Below are positions 58,344 to 64,000 of a DNA stretch of 64,000 bases, piece after piece. Made by a program: the position numbers and the translations under genes. Under the pieces are notes generated by a model. The model was not told the DNA's origin and did no database searches. It saw nothing but the letters and a program-made list of their open reading frames with translations. Within the stretch, counting starts at the first letter, position 1; each line of letters opens with the position of its first letter. This DNA comes from Dehalococcoidia bacterium. Its GTDB lineage: Bacteria; Chloroflexota; Dehalococcoidia; UBA2979. The stretch lies in the NCBI GenBank assembly GCA_029246995.1, contig JAQWMB010000004.1, forward strand, positions 14,196-78,195, in the 5' to 3' direction.

Positions 58344-60899
58344 ATGAGTTTTATCAGCAAAATATTTGGCAATGCAAATGTTAAAGCAATTAAAAAATTT
58401 CATAATAGAGTAGAACTTGTTAATAATTTAGAAGAAAAATTTAGAAATTTTTCTGATGAACAGTTGCAAGATTTTTCTTTGGAACTAAAAGAAAAAAACA
58501 CTATATCTGATGAATCATTAATTAATAGTATTGCTTGTATTCGTGAAGCAATTAAGCGTACTACTGATGAATGGGCGTATGATGTTCAAATAGTTGGCGC
58601 CTTAGCTTTAAATGATGGTTCAATTGCTGAAATGAAGACTGGTGAAGGAAAAACCTTAGTTGCAACGATATGCTTGTATATGAACTACATTTTTGGTAAT
58701 ACATGTCATCTTGTTACTGTAAACGATTATTTATCAAGAAGAGATGCTCAATGGTATGGTAAAGCATTACAAAAAGTTGGATTAAGTATTGCAGTTTTAC
58801 AAAACAATGAGACTTTTATTCTTAGTAATCATAAAGTAGCAAATAATCATGGTTATGAATATTTAACTTCTGCTGAAAGAAAAGATGCCTATCAATGTGA
58901 TGTTGTTTATGGGACAAATAGTGAATTTGGGTTTGATTATCTTAGAGATAATATGCGCACTGATTACCATGCAAAGGTCCAACGTGACTTAGATTTTGTC
59001 ATTGTTGATGAGGTTGATAGTGTCCTTATTGATGAGGCTCGTACTCCTTTAATCATTTCAGGTGAAGCATCAGATGATTTAACTTTGTATGCACAATTTA
59101 CAAAAATTATTCGTCAGTTGAATATCAGTGAACATTATGAAATTGATGAGACAACTAGGAATGTTTTATTAACTGTTGCAGGCATTGAATATGTTGAAAA
59201 AATACTTAAAATTACTAATTTATATTCAGCAGAGTCTTTTTCATTATTGAAATATCTTGAAGCTTGCTTAAGAGCTAAATCTTTGTACAAACGTGATAAG
59301 GATTATGTTGTTAAAGATGGACAAATCATTATTGTTGATACTTTTACTGGTAGATTGCAAGAAGGCAGGAGATGGTCAGATGGTTTACATCAAGCTATCG
59401 AAGCAAAAGAAGGATTGCAAGTACAACAAGAATCAATGACTTATGCAACTATTACTATTCAAAATTATTTTAGAATATACAAGAAGCTTTCTGGAATGAC
59501 TGGTACTGCTGTTACTGAAGCAGAAGAATTTGCAAAAATTTATGAACTCGATGTTTATGTAATTCCTACCAATTTACCTGCGAAACGAGAAGATTTACCT
59601 GATCTTGTATATACAAATGAAAAGGGAAAATTTGATGCTGTAGTTGATAAAATTCATCAATGTATAGATAAAGAAATTCCTGTTTTAGTCGGTACTTCTT
59701 CAATAGAATCTTCGGAAAAACTATCAGAATTATTGACTTCACGAAGAATTAATCATGAAATTCTTAATGCAAAAAATCATGAAAAAGAAGCTGGCATTAT
59801 TGCTAAAGCTGGATTCAAGGGCTCTGTAACAATTGCAACAAATATGGCTGGTAGAGGAACAGATATTAAACTTGGTCCTGGAGTAGTAGAGCTTGGCGGC
59901 TTGCATGTTATTGGTACTGAGCGTCATGAAAGTCGTAGAATAGATAATCAGCTGAGGGGTCGTTCTGGTAGACAAGGTGATCCAGGCATTACAAGAATCT
60001 ATGTTTCTTTTGATGATGAATTAATGCGTCGCTTTGCTCCTGATTGGCTTGCAGGCACAATGGAAAAAATCGGCATGGGTGATGATACTCCTATTGAATC
60101 TAAGATGGTAACACGTTCTATTGAAACAGCTCAAACTAGAGTTGAATCGAATAATTTTGAAGCAAGAAAGTACGTGCTCGAATATGATGATGTGATGAAT
60201 ATTCATCGTAGTAATATCTACAATGAACGAGAAGTTATTTTAGAAGGGCAAAATTTAATAGAAAAGTTGTACGAATTATCAAAAAAAGAGTTTGAATTTC
60301 TATTATCAAATTTTTCGGTTGGTAATTCTGAAAATTATTTGGAGTTAAAACGAAATTTATCTTTGATAATTTATAATATCGATGATGCTGATTTTGATTC
60401 TATTTTAAAAACAAATATAAATGATAGTCCAGTTCAATTGTTTGATTTATTTGAAGCGCAGATGAACAGTGTCTTACATAAAATTGACGAAAGTCAGTTG
60501 AATAGACTAGTACAGTTTACTTTTTTGTCGATTATAGATAATTTATGGGTTCAACATTTGACTGCAATGAATGAAATGAAACGAGGTATTGGCTTAAGAG
60601 CATATGGTCAAATGGATCCATTGATTGCATTTAAGAATGAAGCTTTATCAATGTGGGAAGATTTGGGAATTAATATAAGGAGTACTATTTTAAGAACTAT
60701 TGTTCACCAGATTAGTGCGGAACAAAGCGATCTAAATATTGGGCATCAAGCATTGATATCTGATAAAAAACCTTTTATTAATGAACCTGCTGCCATTAAT
60801 AAAGTATCTGAAGTTCATATCGATGGTAAAGTTGGAAGAAATGACCAATGTCCTTGTAATTCAGGTTTAAAATATAAAAAATGTCATGGTTTAAATTAA
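58344..60899 (+). CDS. secA: Preprotein translocase ATPase SecA
   Basis: 851 aa. MKTGEGKTLVAT, DEVDSVLIDEARTPLIISG, ATNMAGRGTDIKLG, C-terminal Zn motif CPCNSGLKYKKCHG. Confidence 0.96.
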   Translation: MSFISKIFGNANVKAIKKFHNRVELVNNLEEKFRNFSDEQLQDFSLELKEKNTISDESLINSIACIREAIKRTTDEWAYDVQIVGALALNDGSIAEMKTGEGKTLVATICLYMNYIFGNTCHLVTVNDYLSRRDAQWYGKALQKVGLSIAVLQNNETFILSNHKVANNHGYEYLTSAERKDAYQCDVVYGTNSEFGFDYLRDNMRTDYHAKVQRDLDFVIVDEVDSVLIDEARTPLIISGEASDDLTLYAQFTKIIRQLNISEHYEIDETTRNVLLTVAGIEYVEKILKITNLYSAESFSLLKYLEACLRAKSLYKRDKDYVVKDGQIIIVDTFTGRLQEGRRWSDGLHQAIEAKEGLQVQQESMTYATITIQNYFRIYKKLSGMTGTAVTEAEEFAKIYELDVYVIPTNLPAKREDLPDLVYTNEKGKFDAVVDKIHQCIDKEIPVLVGTSSIESSEKLSELLTSRRINHEILNAKNHEKEAGIIAKAGFKGSVTIATNMAGRGTDIKLGPGVVELGGLHVIGTERHESRRIDNQLRGRSGRQGDPGITRIYVSFDDELMRRFAPDWLAGTMEKIGMGDDTPIESKMVTRSIETAQTRVESNNFEARKYVLEYDDVMNIHRSNIYNEREVILEGQNLIEKLYELSKKEFEFLLSNFSVGNSENYLELKRNLSLIIYNIDDADFDSILKTNINDSPVQLFDLFEAQMNSVLHKIDESQLNRLVQFTFLSIIDNLWVQHLTAMNEMKRGIGLRAYGQMDPLIAFKNEALSMWEDLGINIRSTILRTIVHQISAEQSDLNIGHQALISDKKPFINEPAAINKVSEVHIDGKVGRNDQCPCNSGLKYKKCHGLN

Positions 60900-60905
60900 A
60901 CAATT

Positions 60906-61574
60906 ATGAATGATGATAATTCTCTTAATAAGTTATTGCCTGAGCAAGGAATTAAATTATTTCATGAATTACTAGCTTCAGGAGTATCAATACATGAAGC
61001 ATTACTTACGGTCATTGGTCGATGGTCCGCAAAAGAAGAAATTATTGACAATATAAAATTTCGATATTGGGTAGCAGGTGAGGCATTTAATTGGGAATTA
61101 CTTGCACGAAGATTGTTATTATCTAGTAAAGAAATTGATAGTGATGCAGTATTAGATAAGCTCTTCGTTGAATCCTTTGTTTTGCCCGGAGGTGATCAAA
61201 GTATGATTACTCCTTTTTTCTCTCCTCAAAAATACAAGTCACATTTAAATTTTCTTTATGGGGTAATGCTTGAAGAAGTCATAATTAATGTGAATGAGCT
61301 ATCAGCTGCTAAAGAGATACTTAGTCAATTATCTCATGAGACACCATTGGACACCACTTACCAAAACTTGTATGCACATAATTATTTAGATTTCATTAAA
61401 TTATATCAATATGAGAATAAATTAAATTTTGAAGAATTCTCCTGCCTTTATGATTATCAAGAATTTTTATATTGGAGTTGGAAATATAGAATAAGGAAAA
61501 GTACACCTGAGAAAATAGCTTATGATACTCAAACAGGAATTAGCTATATCTGGAATCTTAGTAGCAAAAAATAA
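60906..61574 (+). CDS. Hypothetical protein
   Basis: 222-aa ORF starting 6 nt after the secA stop. Aromatic-rich C-terminus (EFLYWSWKYRIRK). No recognisable motif. Confidence 0.65.
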   Translation: MNDDNSLNKLLPEQGIKLFHELLASGVSIHEALLTVIGRWSAKEEIIDNIKFRYWVAGEAFNWELLARRLLLSSKEIDSDAVLDKLFVESFVLPGGDQSMITPFFSPQKYKSHLNFLYGVMLEEVIINVNELSAAKEILSQLSHETPLDTTYQNLYAHNYLDFIKLYQYENKLNFEEFSCLYDYQEFLYWSWKYRIRKSTPEKIAYDTQTGISYIWNLSSKK

Positions 61575-61652
61575 AAAATATAACTTGTTCAATTATAAAT
61601 AATCTTATACAATTTATTTAGATTTTATATATTATTATTATGTAGACATGCA

Positions 61653-62675
61653 ATGAGTGAAGATTATTACAAGATTCTTGAATTAAATAAAAATGCCTCA
61701 GAAAAGGAGATTAAAAGTGCCTACAGAAGACTTGCGCGCAAACATCATCCGGATGTAAATCCAGGTGACCCTGCTGCAGAAGAGAAATTCAAAAAAATTA
61801 ATCAGGCTTATCAAGTTCTTTCTGATCAATCTCATAGAGAACAATATGATCAATTTGGTCAAAACTGGAATATGAATCAAGGCATGAATCAAGGCTTTGA
61901 TTTCTCAGATGTTTTTAATTCCTCAAATAGTTCTGGTAGAAGCTTTAGTTTTATGAGTGATGGCTTCGATTTATCATCTTTGTTTAAGGATATGGCAAAT
62001 ATGGGATTTCAAAATCCCTCATTTCAGAATAGAACAAAACCAAGGAAATCTACAAAATCAAAAAAGACTATTTATCAACAAACTTTAAATATTAGCTTAG
62101 AGGATGCTTACTCTGCTGTTTCAAAAGAATTTTTATTTCATATTGATAAAGCACCATGCTTAACTTGTAAAGGAATGAAAAAACTTGCAGGTGCAATTTG
62201 TCATAATTGTCGTGGCTCAGGCTTTCAAAAATCTGGTAAAAAGCTAGAAATTAAAATACCACGTGGCATTCAAAATGGTGAAAGCATAAGGTTAAAAAAT
62301 GTATTTGCTGGGACTAATAATATCAAACATGATTTATTGGTTAAAATTCAAATAGAGGAACATCCTATCTTTGAATTACGCAACAATATTCTTTATTATA
62401 AGGCGAAAGTTGATATTAGTGACTGTGTCCTTGGTGCTGATATTAATATACCTAGGATATCAGGAAAGCAAGTTAAGCTAACATTACCTTCTGAAACAAA
62501 AGCCGGTCAACTTTTTAAATTGTCCGGTCAAGGTATGACTAATAAAAATAATGGATATGAAGATATGTTTGTTGAAATTGAGATACAACTTCCTAATGAA
62601 ATGACTGATGAGCATATTGCTTTATTCAATAGAATGAAGGATTTAAATGATGAACCAAAAGCTGAGAAAGTATAG
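61653..62675 (+). CDS. dnaJ: DnaJ/CbpA-like J-domain co-chaperone with reduced zinc-finger region
   Basis: J domain DYYKILELNKNASEKEIKSAYRRLARKHHPDVNP. Only two CxxCxG motifs (CLTCKG, CHNCRGSG) instead of four. C-terminal substrate-binding beta domains. Confidence 0.88.
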   Translation: MSEDYYKILELNKNASEKEIKSAYRRLARKHHPDVNPGDPAAEEKFKKINQAYQVLSDQSHREQYDQFGQNWNMNQGMNQGFDFSDVFNSSNSSGRSFSFMSDGFDLSSLFKDMANMGFQNPSFQNRTKPRKSTKSKKTIYQQTLNISLEDAYSAVSKEFLFHIDKAPCLTCKGMKKLAGAICHNCRGSGFQKSGKKLEIKIPRGIQNGESIRLKNVFAGTNNIKHDLLVKIQIEEHPIFELRNNILYYKAKVDISDCVLGADINIPRISGKQVKLTLPSETKAGQLFKLSGQGMTNKNNGYEDMFVEIEIQLPNEMTDEHIALFNRMKDLNDEPKAEKV

Positions 62676-62678
62676 CTC

Positions 62679-63035
62679 ATGAATTATAAAGAAAATGCTC
62701 GTGATGATGAGTATGAAATATCAATTTCTATCCATAAGCCAATTTTTCATATTTCTGCAGTTGCACAGATGATTGGTATTCATCAACAAACTCTTCGTTC
62801 TTATGAAAAGCAAGGAATCATTAGGCCTGCAAGATCTGATGGGAATACTAGATTATATTCAGTTAATGAGATTGAGAGATTGCGACAGATGCTTAATTTA
62901 GTTAACGAATTAGGCGTGAATTTAGCAGGTGCTGAAGTTATTCTAAGAATGCGTGAACAAATTGAAGTGCTGCAAGATGAGCTAAATGACACAAAAAATG
63001 AAATCGAAAGACTAAAAAGAAATAAAAATTTTTAA
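62679..63035 (+). CDS. hspR: MerR-family heat-shock repressor HspR
   Basis: 118 aa. ISAVAQMIGIHQQTLRSYEKQGIIRPARSDGNTRLYS..EIERLR......ELGVNLAGAEVIL followed by a coiled-coil tail. Sits between dnaJ and clpB. Confidence 0.88.
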   Translation: MNYKENARDDEYEISISIHKPIFHISAVAQMIGIHQQTLRSYEKQGIIRPARSDGNTRLYSVNEIERLRQMLNLVNELGVNLAGAEVILRMREQIEVLQDELNDTKNEIERLKRNKNF

Positions 63036-63046
63036 GGAGTTAAAAA

Positions 63047-64000
63047 ATGATGCGACAAGATAGATTTACTGAGCAAGCACAAGAAGTACTTCAAAATTCA
63101 CAGCAAATGGTTCGAGATCAAAGACATGCTCAATGGGATGTAGAGCATGTGTTTCTTGCCCTACTTCAACTTAAAGACGGTTTAGCTAAAGAGTTAATGG
63201 AACATCTCAATGTAGATATTGACGATGCAACGAGAGTAATAGCTGATGATTTAGCTCGTTCTCCAAAATTGCAGTATGAAGTTGTTCAAATTTATACAAC
63301 ACCAAGAATTGTACGAATGTTAGAATCAGCAAATTCTGAAGCTGAACGATTGCAGGATGATTTTGTTGGTATAGAACATTTACTTATTGCTATTTCTGAA
63401 GAAAATGATGGTACCACTTCAAGGTTTTTTAAAAATAAAAAAATTAATAAAGAATCAATTTATTCAGCTTTAAGGGAAATTAGGGGGACAGCTAGAGTTA
63501 ACTCTCCAACTGCTGATTCTCATTATAAATCACTTTCAAAGTATAGTATTGATTTAACCGATCTTGCTCGAAAGGATGAATTAGATCCAGTGGTGGGACG
63601 TAAAGAAGAAATCGATCGCTTAATTCAAATTTTAAATCGAAGAACTAAAAATAATCCTGTTTTAATTGGTGAAGCAGGTGTTGGTAAGACTGCAGTGGTT
63701 GAGGGATTAGCACAAAGAATTATTGAACATAATGTTCCAGATAAATTAAAAAATAAAAGAGTACTAGCGTTAGATCTTCCTGGTATGCTAGCTGGTTCAA
63801 AATTTAGAGGAGAATTTGAAGAAAGATTACAATCGGTTATTCGTGAAGTAAAAGAAGCTAGTGGAGAGATTATTCTTTTTTTAGATGAGATGCATAATCT
63901 TGTCGGAGCTGGTGGTGCAGATGGAGCTATCGATGCTGGCAATATGCTCAAGCCTTCACTTGCAAGAGGGGAATTTAAAGTTGTTGGGGCGACTACACTT
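63047..64000 (+). CDS. clpB: ATP-dependent chaperone ClpB, first 318 codons (3' end runs off the window)
   Basis: Open-ended, so absent from the ORF track. ATG at 63047 after [21 protein letters not shown]..., [66 protein letters not shown]. ClpC cannot be fully excluded without the middle domain. Confidence 0.8.
   Translation, partial: MMRQDRFTEQAQEVLQNSQQMVRDQRHAQWDVEHVFLALLQLKDGLAKELMEHLNVDIDDATRVIADDLARSPKLQYEVVQIYTTPRIVRMLESANSEAERLQDDFVGIEHLLIAISEENDGTTSRFFKNKKINKESIYSALREIRGTARVNSPTADSHYKSLSKYSIDLTDLARKDELDPVVGRKEEIDRLIQILNRRTKNNPVLIGEAGVGKTAVVEGLAQRIIEHNVPDKLKNKRVLALDLPGMLAGSKFRGEFEERLQSVIREVKEASGEIILFLDEMHNLVGAGGADGAIDAGNMLKPSLARGEFKVVGATTL

Noticed and set aside
61575-61652. HspR operator (HAIR, CTTGAGT-N7-ACTCAAG) upstream of dnaJ; also checked 58292-58343 and 63036-63046
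   Set aside because: No match beyond isolated half-site fragments (e.g. CTGAGT upstream of secA). I cannot claim an operator.

Overview
Visibly AT-rich, very gene-dense chromosomal core region of a streamlined bacterium. I support about 65 CDS. Gaps between genes are tiny or overlapping, GTG/TTG starts are frequent, and AGGAGG/GGGGG-type Shine-Dalgarno sites are strong. I found no rRNA, tRNA, CRISPR array, transposase, integrase or phage-like gene.

Content:
- 1-11.7 kb, one co-directional minus-strand array: rpoB (5' part), an unknown membrane-anchored protein, a HAD hydrolase, proA, proB, a type-2-like ileS, a double zinc-ribbon protein and murJ.
- 11.8-20.6 kb: rpsT, a Zn-ADH, a RodZ-like HTH protein, scpB, an amidohydrolase, folC, an unknown 232-aa protein, a bifunctional FBP aldolase/phosphatase, rdgB, moaA and moaC.
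- 20.5-30.5 kb: two unknown proteins (one with a PP2C-like domain, a TM helix and a beta-propeller), tsaD, a CIRCE operator, groES-groEL, a MutY-like glycosylase, an MBL hydrolase, lysA and holB.
- 30.5-35.1 kb: the rpmH-rnpA-yidD-yidC-jag-parA-parB block with a dinB-family gene appended.
- 35.2-39.2 kb: a VOC protein, bioY and valS.
- 39.3-49.4 kb: an 11-gene nuoABCDHIJKLMN operon with no nuoEFG.
- 49.4-52.9 kb: tandem GSI-alpha-like and GSI-beta glutamine synthetases behind an orphan, atypical OmpR-family regulator.
- 53.0-64.0 kb: a degenerate ABC ATPase with a membrane partner, an alpha/beta hydrolase, an acyl-CoA dehydrogenase, prs, secA, an unknown protein, a dnaJ-like gene, hspR and clpB (5' part).

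The short YidC without a large periplasmic domain, the 11-subunit NDH-1, the archaeal-type FBPase, HspR and the GlnR-like regulator fit a monoderm lineage such as Chloroflexota or Actinomycetota. I cannot assign the taxon from sequence alone.

I see no convincing novel multi-gene system such as a defence island. The most interesting items are:
- the GlnR-like orphan regulator plus the dual GS cluster;
- the predicted pseudo-PP2C/beta-propeller membrane protein;
- the 89-nt yidC/jag overlap with a 9-bp tandem repeat;
- the NuoEFG-less complex I;
- a CIRCE hairpin that also looks like the tsaD terminator;
- a terminator-like hairpin in the rpoB leader;
- a few tightly coupled genes of unknown function.
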